From a bacterium (GTDB lineage: Bacteria > CG03): a stretch of DNA of 49,237 bases. Made by a program: the position numbers and the translations under genes. Positions 20,811 to 30,013 of this stretch are shown one piece after another; position 1 is the stretch's first letter, and every line of letters begins with the position of its first letter. The stretch spans positions 1-49,237 of the forward strand of contig VMTI01000208.1 of NCBI GenBank assembly GCA_013791675.1. The letters are read 5' to 3'. Below the pieces are notes generated by a model. The model ran no database searches. It had not been told where the DNA came from and saw only the letters and a program-made list of their open reading frames with translations.

Positions 20811-21491
20811 CTATTTAAATGAACAGTAAGAGAATCTGCCAAGTTCATCCAGTGTATATTTTCTTAGGGATAGGCATTTGAATCCGTGTTCTTTCATTAT
20901 CGTTTTTGCCGTTTTCTCATAATCAGCTTTGTGCATATCATCAAGAACAATAATTCCGGTCTCTTTCACATGATCCATCGTGAAACCCAGCATATTTGTC
21001 CTTATCTGCATATTTCCCATATCATGAAAAATAATATCGAATTTTTCCGTCCCTATTCGCCCGATATCATCCAAAGTCAGCATGTTATCAGATTGTATTT
21101 TATTTTTTTCTAAATATTCAGCGGTTTTTTTAAGCCAGAGTGCGTCATCATCCACCGAGAATACCTTTGTACCCAGATTATTTTTCCTGGAGAAATATCT
21201 GAAGACGAAAGAACTGAAGCCGCTGCCCAGATCGATAACAGAGGCGGGTTTAAGGAAATCACATAAGATCAAATTAAAAACAGAGATCTCGATTGAAGCC
21301 GCCATAAACGCCGCTGAAGTCCCCTTGGTGTAGTCGTTATAGTATGGCTCGAGTTCCTTTTTTGCAGTCGCATAAAATTTTGGATAATCTCTGAGAAACT
21401 CAAATTTTTTTTCCAGCAAACGGCTGTCTTTTGCCGCCTGAAAATTTCTTTTTAGCTTTTTTACAAGTTTTCTTTCCGCGAATTTTTTCAT
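20811..21491 (-). CDS. class I SAM-dependent methyltransferase
   Basis: 226 aa. SAM motif I VIDLGSGFSSFVF, acidic post-I FSVDDD, IIFHDM. AT-rich. Confidence 0.75.
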   Translation of the reverse strand: MKKFAERKLVKKLKRNFQAAKDSRLLEKKFEFLRDYPKFYATAKKELEPYYNDYTKGTSAAFMAASIEISVFNLILCDFLKPASVIDLGSGFSSFVFRYFSRKNNLGTKVFSVDDDALWLKKTAEYLEKNKIQSDNMLTLDDIGRIGTEKFDIIFHDMGNMQIRTNMLGFTMDHVKETGIIVLDDMHKADYEKTAKTIMKEHGFKCLSLRKYTLDELGRFSYCSFK

Positions 21492-21522
21492 GTTTCCTCC
21501 CTGCTTTCGCAGTGTAGCAAAT

Positions 21523-22473
21523 CTATCTGGTATTTTCCATTTCCGCGTCGATCATAATTCCTATCATTTTATCGAAGCTGGTCGGCGGTTTCCAGCCGAT
21601 TTTTTGCCCTATCTTTTTTATATCACCCTGCAGATTATTTTTTTTTGTTTTCTGTATCAACGAAGGGTCTTCCTCCACATATTTTTTCCAGTTTAGGTCA
21701 AGTTTTCCGAAAGCGATTTCAACGAATTGTTTAATCGTTCTACTCCCGCCGCTCGCGATTATAAAATCTTCCGGCACGGGCTGCTGAAGGATTAGATACA
21801 TGGCCTCCACGTAATCGGGAGCATAGCCCCAATCAACTTTCGCATTTATATCACCGAGGATTAATTTCCCGGACATATTCTTTTTTATCGCCACGGCTGC
21901 TTTGATAATTTTTTGAGACACAAAGTTTTTAGCTCTGCGCGGGGATTCGTGATTGTATAGGATCCCCGCGCTTGCGAACAGGGAGTGTTTGTTGCGATAG
22001 TACCTGCAGGCGCTGACTCCCGCTGTTTTGGAAATGCCGTAAACACAGGAAGGGTTAAAAGGAGTCTGTTCGTCCTGCGTGTTTTTATCGGGATTACCGA
22101 ACATGTGAGATGAACCCGCACAAAATAAACGTGAAAGCTTTGAGTATTTTGCCATAGCGTCAAGAAAATTAATCAGCGAAAAAACGTTTATCAAATAACT
22201 TTTGCTGAACAGTTCTATATCGTTATATCCAATTTCCTCGGATGAGTGATGGAAAGCGGCAAGATAGTAAATTTCATCGGGTTTATATTTTTTCACGAGT
22301 CTATAGACCTGTTCGGTTTGTGTGATGTCCACGGCTTCAACCGGTTCAGAGAAAGTGTGACGGATTTTGTCTTTATCTAAACCGATAACGCTGTATTCCT
22401 CGGCTTGAAGTTTCTCGAAAAGATATGAGCCGTCCTGTCCCTCGGCCCCGACTATCAGGGCTGTTTTTCTCAT
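21523..22473 (-). CDS. GDP-mannose 4,6-dehydratase-family SDR (divergent; possibly reductase/epimerase rather than dehydratase)
   Basis: ALIVGAEGQDGSYL, YGISK (YxxxK), ILYNHESPRR, DWGYAPDYVEAM. The Ser/Thr-x-Glu catalytic segment reads SSHMFG (His codon at 22105-22107) instead of S-x-E. Confidence 0.8.
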   Translation of the reverse strand: MRKTALIVGAEGQDGSYLFEKLQAEEYSVIGLDKDKIRHTFSEPVEAVDITQTEQVYRLVKKYKPDEIYYLAAFHHSSEEIGYNDIELFSKSYLINVFSLINFLDAMAKYSKLSRLFCAGSSHMFGNPDKNTQDEQTPFNPSCVYGISKTAGVSACRYYRNKHSLFASAGILYNHESPRRAKNFVSQKIIKAAVAIKKNMSGKLILGDINAKVDWGYAPDYVEAMYLILQQPVPEDFIIASGGSRTIKQFVEIAFGKLDLNWKKYVEEDPSLIQKTKKNNLQGDIKKIGQKIGWKPPTSFDKMIGIMIDAEMENTR

Positions 22474-23724
22474 CTAAACGACCTCTATTTCAGGAAGAGG
22501 AAAAATGAATTTCCCGCCTTCGGCGAGATATTCTTTTTCGCGGAAAAGTATATTTTCTTTAAAATGCCACGGCAGAACGAGTAAATAGTCAGGTTTCATT
22601 TTTTTGGCCTCGGATTCCGAGATAATAGGAATATTGGTTCCGGGGGTATAGCACCCGAACTTGTCTTTGTTCACTTCGGCTATAAATGGGATGTCATCAG
22701 GGGTTAATCCGCAATATTGTAAAACAACATTCCCTTTTGTTGAGGCCCCGTAGCCGAGTATTTTCTTATTCTTTTTTTTCAGACTGCCGATAAATTCCAA
22801 TAGTTCGGTTTTATGCTTTTTGACGCGTTTTTCAAAGTCTTTATAAGGCGCCAATGTGTGCAGCTCCCTTTTGCGTTCTGTCTCCAGCAGCTCGGTGATT
22901 TGTCCGGCGTTGTCTTTGTAAGGGGCGTTTTTTTTGCAAACCATAACTGAAAAGCTGCCGCCGTTAATATTATTGATCTCAATATCAAGAATACGGAACC
23001 CTATTTTATCGCACATCCACTTTATCTGTTTGATGCCGTAATATTCAAGATGTTCGTGGCAGACAGTGTCGTATGCGTTGGCGTCGAGCATAGATAATAA
23101 ATAACTCTGTTCAAAAACCCAGACTCCCTGCTCATCAAGGGAGTTATAGATGTCCTGCACAAAATCCAAGGGCGACGCCAGGTCGTAAAACATAGCTATT
23201 GAAGTTATGATCTTAGCTTTTTTATCCCCGAATATTTTCTTAAAGGTCGCCGCTGAAAAAAAATCAGGGACCAGCTTAATATATGAAGGATAATAGTCTT
23301 TGAATTTCTTGCCTGTCGGGTCCATACCTATCAGGTCTATGTTGTAGTGAGGGTAGGCCTGAAGGAGCGTGCTGTCGTTGCTGCCTATATCCAGCACAAC
23401 ATCACCGTCCGACAGCTTCACTTTTTTCAGTATGTTCTGCACCTTCTGCTGCAGGTGCCGCACCATTGACTGATTCAGACCCGATCTGTAACCGTAGTTC
23501 TCGCCGTACATTTCTTCGGAGTCATAGCTGTGGCGCAGCTGTACCAGTCCGCAGGCCTCTCCCCGCCCGTCGTCCATGCATTTTACAAGTTCCAGCGGCC
23601 CTGATGTGAGATCATATTTGTTATTCGGCGGGAAAATACCCGTCAGATACTGATTGCCAAGATCGAGAATGGTGGCCAGATTGGCGTTGCCGCATATTCT
23701 GCATTTTTTTATTTCTTTATACAT
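22474..23724 (-). CDS. NDP-hexose C-methyltransferase (TylCIII-like: Zn-ribbon + SAM MTase + C-terminal C-methyltransferase domain)
   Basis: CRICGNANLATILDLGNQYLTGIF, VLDIGSNDSTLL, YDTVCHEHLEYY, ILGYGASTKGN. Start set to ATG 23724 (MYKEIKK), 5 nt after GGAGGGG. The track TTG 23736 would read through that SD. Confidence 0.82.
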   Translation of the reverse strand: MYKEIKKCRICGNANLATILDLGNQYLTGIFPPNNKYDLTSGPLELVKCMDDGRGEACGLVQLRHSYDSEEMYGENYGYRSGLNQSMVRHLQQKVQNILKKVKLSDGDVVLDIGSNDSTLLQAYPHYNIDLIGMDPTGKKFKDYYPSYIKLVPDFFSAATFKKIFGDKKAKIITSIAMFYDLASPLDFVQDIYNSLDEQGVWVFEQSYLLSMLDANAYDTVCHEHLEYYGIKQIKWMCDKIGFRILDIEINNINGGSFSVMVCKKNAPYKDNAGQITELLETERKRELHTLAPYKDFEKRVKKHKTELLEFIGSLKKKNKKILGYGASTKGNVVLQYCGLTPDDIPFIAEVNKDKFGCYTPGTNIPIISESEAKKMKPDYLLVLPWHFKENILFREKEYLAEGGKFIFPLPEIEVV

Positions 23725-23891
23725 AATCCCCTCCAAAAAAGTATATTATCATTATTTTTTTCGATAGGCAAATGCGTGCGACGTTGTTTACTACTTTAAT
23801 GTCGATTTAACTATTCATTTCAAGAGATAAAGCGGGAATTGTTGGTCTGCTGCAAAGTTAGACCAATAGGCCATAAACCAATGTCGAATGT

Positions 23892-23920
23892 TTGTCGCGA
23901 TATTTAAAAAATAGTATACT
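23892..23920 (+). promoter_or_regulatory. sigma70-like promoter candidate (TTGTCG-17 nt-TATACT) in the 309-nt divergent intergenic region
   Basis: -35 at 23892-23897, -10 at 23915-23920, 17-nt spacer. Upstream of a 30-codon ORF and the 24046 gene. Confidence 0.4.
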
Positions 23921-24045
23921 ACAATTTTGAGGAAATAGATGTTTTATGGGGATTTAAGAAATTATCCTGCAAGGATGATTATGTTTTTCAGTTTGGCTAA
24001 GTTAATTTTGTTGTTTTCCAAGCCATATTAAGATAGGGGGAAGAA

Positions 24046-25827
24046 ATGAGAACAGTTATGTTCGTCAACCATAAAGAAAAAAATTGCGGGGTATACCAGT
24101 ATGGTCGCATTATTGGCGATATTCTCACGAAATCTCAAAAATATCAGTTTGTTTATGCAGAATGCTCGAATAATGATGATTTAAAAGCTAAAATTCAAAA
24201 ATATTATCCGCAAGCAATTATTTATAATTATCATCCTTCGACGTTGGGATGGTTATCTAAGGTAACTAAAACAATAAATATTCCTCAAATAGGTATGATA
24301 CATGAAATTACGCAAGACGTTGCAGATAGGGCGGATAAAACTTTATTTGACTATCATATAGCGCCAGACCCCACTTTGCTTTTGAGAAATCCAATTGTAT
24401 TCAAAACAGGCCGCCCGATACCACAGTATGACAATAATGTTTTACCGCCTACAAATTTGACTATTGGATCTTTTGGTTTCGGGCATAAAACGAAGGGTTT
24501 TCATAAAATCGTTGAACTTGTACAGCAAGAATTTGACTTAGCATTGATTAGATTACAGATTACAACGCCTCATGGAAATTCAATTAGTGGAGAACAAGAG
24601 TATGAACGTATTGTGAATGAATGTAAGAGCAAGATATACAAAAAAGGGATAACTATAGAAACGAGTAATGAATTTTTAGAACCACAGGGGTTACTGGATT
24701 TTTTAGCAGGGAATACCGTGAATGTTTTTTTATATGATGACCAGCAAAATCGGGGCTTATCAAGTGTTATAGATTATGCTCTTGCTGTGAGAAGAACTAT
24801 AGCAATTTCAAACAGCAGTATGTTTAGGCATCTTTTTCCAGCGAATCCTTCAATTTGTATTTCACACAACTCGCTCTCAAATATTATTGCAAATGGAATA
24901 GAGCCACTTAAAAAATATTATAGTGAATGGTCAAATGCTAACTTGATATGGGAATATGAAAGGATTGTAGATACCGTGTCCAGAGATTTTATCCCTGTAA
25001 AACGGAGAAAACTAAATATATTTGAAAGGGTAATAAATAAGCACTATAAGGCACGTTTTGGGAAACGATTAATTAAAGTACCGAAATATGCATATAAAGT
25101 CAGCTGGAATGCTACAAGCACATACCATGCGATTGAATTTAATAATCAAAGTGGCAAAATGTTGCAACAATATATGCCGGTAAAAGGAATTAATAATTTC
25201 AATATTATTCTAGATGATGTTGCTAGACGAACATATGACGTGGCAGTTCGGCTACTAGGAGAATTATGCCCGGATCTAATTAAACGAAAAATGCCCCGCG
25301 CAAATATTCAGCAGGGGTTTGTTTTAGATACTGTTTATCGTTTTGCAAAGGAATTGCATAACCCAAAAATTTTATGTGTAGGCTGTTACGAGGATACGGC
25401 TGCCTATGCTCTTGCAAAGTTGGGGATTAATTTTGACGCAATTGACCCCATGATTAACTTTAATTTACAAGATTTTTTAGATAGACCGACAACTCTTAAG
25501 GGGCATTACGATATTATTTTTTCTACATCTGTCATTGAGCATGTGGATGATGATGAGCAGTTTGTTAAGGATATAGCGGTATTATTAAATTCAAATGGAG
25601 TTGCGGTGTTGACATGTGATTTCCAGGATACTTATAAATTGGGAGATGAGATACCCGAAGTCTGCGAGCGTTTTTATACAAAATATGACTTAGAGAATAG
25701 GTTGATGAATGTTATGCCGTACTGTAAATTGATTGGAAAACCAAATTGGGATTGTGATAACTATGATTTTGTCTTTGATAAATATCGCTATACTTTTGCT
25801 ACGTTTGTATTTAGAAAAGCAATGTGA
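24046..25827 (+). CDS. fusion protein: GT-B-like glycosyltransferase N-terminal part plus class I SAM methyltransferase C-terminal domain
   Basis: 593 aa, very AT-rich. LTIGSFGFGHKTKGFHKIVELV and SSVIDYALAVRRTIAIS resemble a GT4 C-terminal Rossmann half. C-terminus has ILCVGCYEDTAAYALAKLG (motif I-like), IIFSTSVIEHVDDD, NGVAVLT. Confidence 0.6.
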   Translation: MRTVMFVNHKEKNCGVYQYGRIIGDILTKSQKYQFVYAECSNNDDLKAKIQKYYPQAIIYNYHPSTLGWLSKVTKTINIPQIGMIHEITQDVADRADKTLFDYHIAPDPTLLLRNPIVFKTGRPIPQYDNNVLPPTNLTIGSFGFGHKTKGFHKIVELVQQEFDLALIRLQITTPHGNSISGEQEYERIVNECKSKIYKKGITIETSNEFLEPQGLLDFLAGNTVNVFLYDDQQNRGLSSVIDYALAVRRTIAISNSSMFRHLFPANPSICISHNSLSNIIANGIEPLKKYYSEWSNANLIWEYERIVDTVSRDFIPVKRRKLNIFERVINKHYKARFGKRLIKVPKYAYKVSWNATSTYHAIEFNNQSGKMLQQYMPVKGINNFNIILDDVARRTYDVAVRLLGELCPDLIKRKMPRANIQQGFVLDTVYRFAKELHNPKILCVGCYEDTAAYALAKLGINFDAIDPMINFNLQDFLDRPTTLKGHYDIIFSTSVIEHVDDDEQFVKDIAVLLNSNGVAVLTCDFQDTYKLGDEIPEVCERFYTKYDLENRLMNVMPYCKLIGKPNWDCDNYDFVFDKYRYTFATFVFRKAM

Positions 25828-25833
25828 TTTTAC

Positions 25834-27048
25834 ATGATAATTGTTTGTGAACCCGAATGCAGAGGAACCGCCCACGAGAAGATCAACAGCGCTTTTCTTT
25901 ACGGGGTGAGTCTGGCTTATCCGGAAGAGAAAATTGTCTTCTTTGCGGAAGAAAATCATATCGCGGCCATGAAAGATAATTTTACGCGTGATAAAATCAG
26001 CTTAAAAAACATAGAATACAGACACTTCTTATTGCCGGAACCCCCGTATGAGCGGATTGCCGCGTATTTTCAATATTATTCGCTGTTAAAAAGGATTTTT
26101 GGTTATGCCGGAGATTCCGGCTGTTGTAAAATGTTCTTTCTTTCCGCTAATTCAAATAACCTTTATTGCATAAAAAAAATATTGACCCGTTACCATCAGG
26201 ATATAAAGTGCGGGGTCGTGATGCATGGTATTGTAGAGACAATAAAGATTAAACCCAAATTTACCGATAGATTGAAAATATGGCCTTACATCATGTGGTT
26301 TAAAAACGCGCTGGAGTATCGGAGCGATCTTGCTGTGAATTATCTTATGCTGTCAAAGAGGGCGTACGCGAATCTGGCGGCATATATAGACGGGAATCTT
26401 TACCGGAAGTTCTTCTATATGGATATTCCCTACATTTTTGATCAGGAGTATGTGAAAGAACTTGATCCGAAACGGCTGATTGTTGCCACCATCGGACACG
26501 GCAATCCAAACAGATTGATCGATTTTGTAAATCTTTTAAGGAACAAGTTGGGCGGTTTGGCCGAAAAAAACTTTGAGATAAGGGTTATAAGCGACAGCAC
26601 GAAAAGGATAGAAAAAAAACTGAAAGATGAGACGGCCGTCAATTGCGTGTCTCCCAGGAAGAGGCTCACAAGAGATGAGATGGATTTTCATTCAAAGGAC
26701 GTGGATTATTTCCTTTTTTTGTATGACCGGGACAGTTATGAACTGACTTCTTCCGGGGCTTTTTTTGACGCGCTGCACTACAAAACACCGATAATAACAT
26801 TGAGGAATCCGGGTATTCAGTATTATAATGATCTTTGCGGCGATATAGGTTATACGCGCGATACCATTGATGAATTGGCGGATATTCTTGTGAAATTGAT
26901 AAATCAGGGGAATGAAAAAGAGAAATATGATAACTTTGTCAAAAACATCGAAACTCTGAAGGAAACAATATCAATAGAAAAATCGTTTCACAAACTCAGG
27001 CAGTTAATGGAAATTGAAAGCGGAAATGTTTCTACGGAGAAAGGATAA
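25834..27048 (+). CDS. uncharacterised protein, weakly GT-B-like
   Basis: 404 aa. Coding is clear (long ORF, 6 nt after the previous stop). LIVATIGHGNPNRL...FEIRVISD...TSSGAFFDALHYKTPIITL resembles a glycosyltransferase C-terminal Rossmann half. No firm family. Confidence 0.45.
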   Translation: MIIVCEPECRGTAHEKINSAFLYGVSLAYPEEKIVFFAEENHIAAMKDNFTRDKISLKNIEYRHFLLPEPPYERIAAYFQYYSLLKRIFGYAGDSGCCKMFFLSANSNNLYCIKKILTRYHQDIKCGVVMHGIVETIKIKPKFTDRLKIWPYIMWFKNALEYRSDLAVNYLMLSKRAYANLAAYIDGNLYRKFFYMDIPYIFDQEYVKELDPKRLIVATIGHGNPNRLIDFVNLLRNKLGGLAEKNFEIRVISDSTKRIEKKLKDETAVNCVSPRKRLTRDEMDFHSKDVDYFLFLYDRDSYELTSSGAFFDALHYKTPIITLRNPGIQYYNDLCGDIGYTRDTIDELADILVKLINQGNEKEKYDNFVKNIETLKETISIEKSFHKLRQLMEIESGNVSTEKG

Positions 27049-27052
27049 CTAA

Positions 27053-28045
27053 ATGAAAAAAGCATTGATCACGGGTATCGGCGGACAGGACGGGTCTTAT
27101 CTGGCAAAACTGCTTCTGGATAAGGGCTACGAGGTGACGGGCATTGTCAGAAACCTGAACAGCGTTGACGACAAAAAATTTAAATACCTGGGGATAACAG
27201 GCAGGATAAAACTTCTGGAAGTCAATCTGATGGATCTGTCAAATATACTCAGGGTTTTGGGGAATGAGGATTATTCTGAAGTTTATAATCTGGCCGCGCA
27301 GAGCTCGGTGGGTTTATCGTTCAAGCAGCCGATAGGAACGCTGGAATTCAATATTATCAGCGTCGCCAATCTGCTGGAAGCGATCCGCATCGCCGGTCCT
27401 AAAATAAAATTCTACCAGGCATCCAGCAGCGAGATGTACGGGAATGTCAGCCGGGAGAACCTGCCAGTCAATGAAAACTCAATTTTTATGCCGGTGAGCA
27501 TATATGGTATATCAAAAGCTTCCGCGCACTGGATAACAAACAGCTATAGAAAAGCGTACGGCATATTCGCATCCTGCGGAATTCTTTTTAATCACGAATC
27601 GGTGTTCAGGGAAGACAATTTTGTTACCAAAAAGATAATCAATACCGCTGTCAGAATCAGCAGGGGATTAGCGGACAGTCTGACGCTGGGCAATATGGAT
27701 GTGCGCAGGGACTGGGGGTATGCCCCCGATTATGTCATGGCGATGTGGCTGATGCTGCAGTATAAAGAGCCGGCCGATATTGTCGTCTGTTCAGGGCAGG
27801 CGCACAGTTTGACGGAATTCGTGAAAACCGTATTCCAGAAACTGGATCTGGATTATAAAAAATATTTGAAAAGCGATACAAAATTCTACAGGCCGCTGGA
27901 TTTGCAGGTTGTATACGGGGATAATTCAAAAGCTAAGAAATGTCTGGGGTGGGAGTACTCACTGTCATTTGAAAAACTCATTGAGAAACTTGTGGATGAC
28001 GAGATACAATATCTTGACTGGCAGGCCGGAGCAAAAGGAAAATAG
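27053..28045 (+). CDS. gmd: GDP-mannose 4,6-dehydratase
   Basis: ITGIGGQDGSYLAKLLL, YQASSSEMYG (Ser-x-Glu; Glu codon at 27431-27433), YGISK, ILFNHES, RDWGYAPDYV. 330 aa. Confidence 0.82.
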   Translation: MKKALITGIGGQDGSYLAKLLLDKGYEVTGIVRNLNSVDDKKFKYLGITGRIKLLEVNLMDLSNILRVLGNEDYSEVYNLAAQSSVGLSFKQPIGTLEFNIISVANLLEAIRIAGPKIKFYQASSSEMYGNVSRENLPVNENSIFMPVSIYGISKASAHWITNSYRKAYGIFASCGILFNHESVFREDNFVTKKIINTAVRISRGLADSLTLGNMDVRRDWGYAPDYVMAMWLMLQYKEPADIVVCSGQAHSLTEFVKTVFQKLDLDYKKYLKSDTKFYRPLDLQVVYGDNSKAKKCLGWEYSLSFEKLIEKLVDDEIQYLDWQAGAKGK

Positions 28046-28054
28046 ATACTGACA

Positions 28055-29065
28055 ATGGCGCGGATTGAAAGGATATTGTTCATCGCCTCAAAGCAGTCCG
28101 ACTATCTTGAAGACATTGCCTTCACTGGTTTGAGCGATGCGCTGGGCAGGGAAAATATTATTCCCCTGCGGGCGATGAGAAAGCATTATATCCCGACCCA
28201 TCATTATCCGAAGGCCATAGCCTGCCGCCGGAATTTAAGCGATTATTTCAGCGACCTGCTTGCCGGAAAAAAAATGCTGTCCCGTGCGGTTTACGACTGT
28301 GTGATAATCGGATCAACGAAGAGAGACGCATTTGAGGCCTATGACAGTATGGCGCAGAAGATATCAAAAAACGCGAAGGTTGTTTATATTGACGGCGGCG
28401 ATGAGTCTGAAGTCGGCGGAGATGCCTCAAGGCTCGGTTTCGCAGAACTCTACGGGAGGGCTTTTTCAAAAAGAGCGCCGGATGTTATATTCAAGAGGGA
28501 ATATCTGAAAAATAAAAATTATCCCGCGAATGTTTATCCTCTGCCGCTCTCTTACGGCGGCCCGCTCGTAGACGGTGCGGGCGGCGTGAAAAAATACGAT
28601 GTTGTTTTCTGGGCGGTGGATAATATTCCGGTGAGAGCGAAAGTGCTTGATTTTTGCGAGGGTAAATGGGATTGCGCTGAGAACGGCACCTCGCGGGGCC
28701 AGATATTTAAAAAATATAACAGAAAGGGGATCAAATATCTAAAAGAGCTTGCCGCCTCAAAGGTGTGCTATAACTTCCGCGGAGGGGGATGGGACACTCT
28801 CCGATACTGGGAAATCCCGGCAGTGGGAAGTCTTATGGTAAGCGGAAAGCCGGGCATAGTCATCCCCGATGATTTTGAGCACGGAAAGCACGCCGTGTTC
28901 TGCAAAGATGATCTCAGCGACCTTGAAGGTCTGACGAATTATTACCTGAAGCGCGATAAGGAAAGAGAAGGCATCGCCGCCGAAGGCAAAAAGCATCTTT
29001 TAAAATATCATCTCCCGCGCCACAGAGCGGAATATATTCTGGAGATAATAGGCAAAAGTGCCTGA
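28055..29065 (+). CDS. CgeB-like glycosyltransferase-family protein
   Basis: 336 aa. C-terminal RYWEIPAVGSLMVS...HAVFCKD...L resembles the CgeB / Glyco_trans_1_2 type. Family assignment is tentative. Confidence 0.5.
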   Translation: MARIERILFIASKQSDYLEDIAFTGLSDALGRENIIPLRAMRKHYIPTHHYPKAIACRRNLSDYFSDLLAGKKMLSRAVYDCVIIGSTKRDAFEAYDSMAQKISKNAKVVYIDGGDESEVGGDASRLGFAELYGRAFSKRAPDVIFKREYLKNKNYPANVYPLPLSYGGPLVDGAGGVKKYDVVFWAVDNIPVRAKVLDFCEGKWDCAENGTSRGQIFKKYNRKGIKYLKELAASKVCYNFRGGGWDTLRYWEIPAVGSLMVSGKPGIVIPDDFEHGKHAVFCKDDLSDLEGLTNYYLKRDKEREGIAAEGKKHLLKYHLPRHRAEYILEIIGKSA

Positions 29066-29146
29066 TTTGATCCGGAAAGTAATAAAAAAATATGATTATC
29101 GGACATGAAATTTGAAATACGGGGAAAGTTTGCTAAAATTAAAACT

Positions 29147-30013
29147 ATGAAAGGAATCATTCTTGCAGGCGGGCGGGCAACAAGGCTTTATCCTGTGACA
29201 AAAGCCGTGTGCAAGCAGCTTCTCCCGGTGTACGATAAGCCGATGATCTATTACCCGCTGTCCGTTCTGATGCTGGCGGGCATAGATGAGATACTGATCA
29301 TCTCAAGCCCGGGGGAATTGCCGAATTTCAGGCAAGTGCTGGGGGACGGCTCTCAATTCGGTATCAAACTCAGCTTTGCCGCGCAGGAGGAGCCGAGGGG
29401 ACTGGCCGACGCTTTTATCATAGGGGAATCTTTTATAGGGCGCGACAGCGTGTGCCTGATCCTGGGCGATAACATCTTCTTCGGCAGGGGGTTCAGCGAA
29501 TTGCTCGAATCGGCGGTATCTCTGAAAAAGGGGGCAAAGGTCTTCGCTTATTATGTCAAAGATCCCTCGCGTTACGGTGTCGCCGAATTTGACAAAAACA
29601 AAAAGGTCATATCGATAGAGGAAAAACCCTCAAAAGCTAAATCAAATTACGCGGTGACGGGACTTTATTTCTACGATAACGATGTCATAAATATAGCGAA
29701 ATCGCTCAAACCTTCCAAGCGCGGTGAGATAGAGATAACGGATGTGAATAAGGAATATTTGAAGAGGGGTCTTTTGAGCGTTGAGCTCCTAGGACGCGGT
29801 TTCGCATGGCTTGATACGGGTACGCACGATTCTCTTCTTGACGCGGCGCTCTATGTGCGCACTGTGGAGGAGAGGCAGTTTCTCAAGATCGGATGCGTCG
29901 AGGAGATAGCTTTCAGAAAGGGTTTTATAAGCAAAGAACAGCTTCTGAAACTTGCCGGCGAAAACAAAACGGATTATGGAAACTATCTCGCTTTCGTGGC
30001 GGAAGAAAAATGA
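29147..30013 (+). CDS. rfbA: glucose-1-phosphate thymidylyltransferase
   Basis: [44 protein letters not shown]. Start trimmed to ATG 29147. ATG 29105 is an alternative. Confidence 0.92.
   Translation: MKGIILAGGRATRLYPVTKAVCKQLLPVYDKPMIYYPLSVLMLAGIDEILIISSPGELPNFRQVLGDGSQFGIKLSFAAQEEPRGLADAFIIGESFIGRDSVCLILGDNIFFGRGFSELLESAVSLKKGAKVFAYYVKDPSRYGVAEFDKNKKVISIEEKPSKAKSNYAVTGLYFYDNDVINIAKSLKPSKRGEIEITDVNKEYLKRGLLSVELLGRGFAWLDTGTHDSLLDAALYVRTVEERQFLKIGCVEEIAFRKGFISKEQLLKLAGENKTDYGNYLAFVAEEK

Noticed and set aside
19611-23736. A/T homopolymer tracts of 8-9 nt inside glycan genes (about 19672, 20020, 21638-21646, 22770, 22926) as phase-variation switches
   Set aside because: Tracts of this length are expected by chance in roughly 35% GC coding sequence rich in Lys/Phe codons. 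There are no long G/C tracts or short tandem repeats, and no evidence of length heterogeneity can be obtained from a single sequence.
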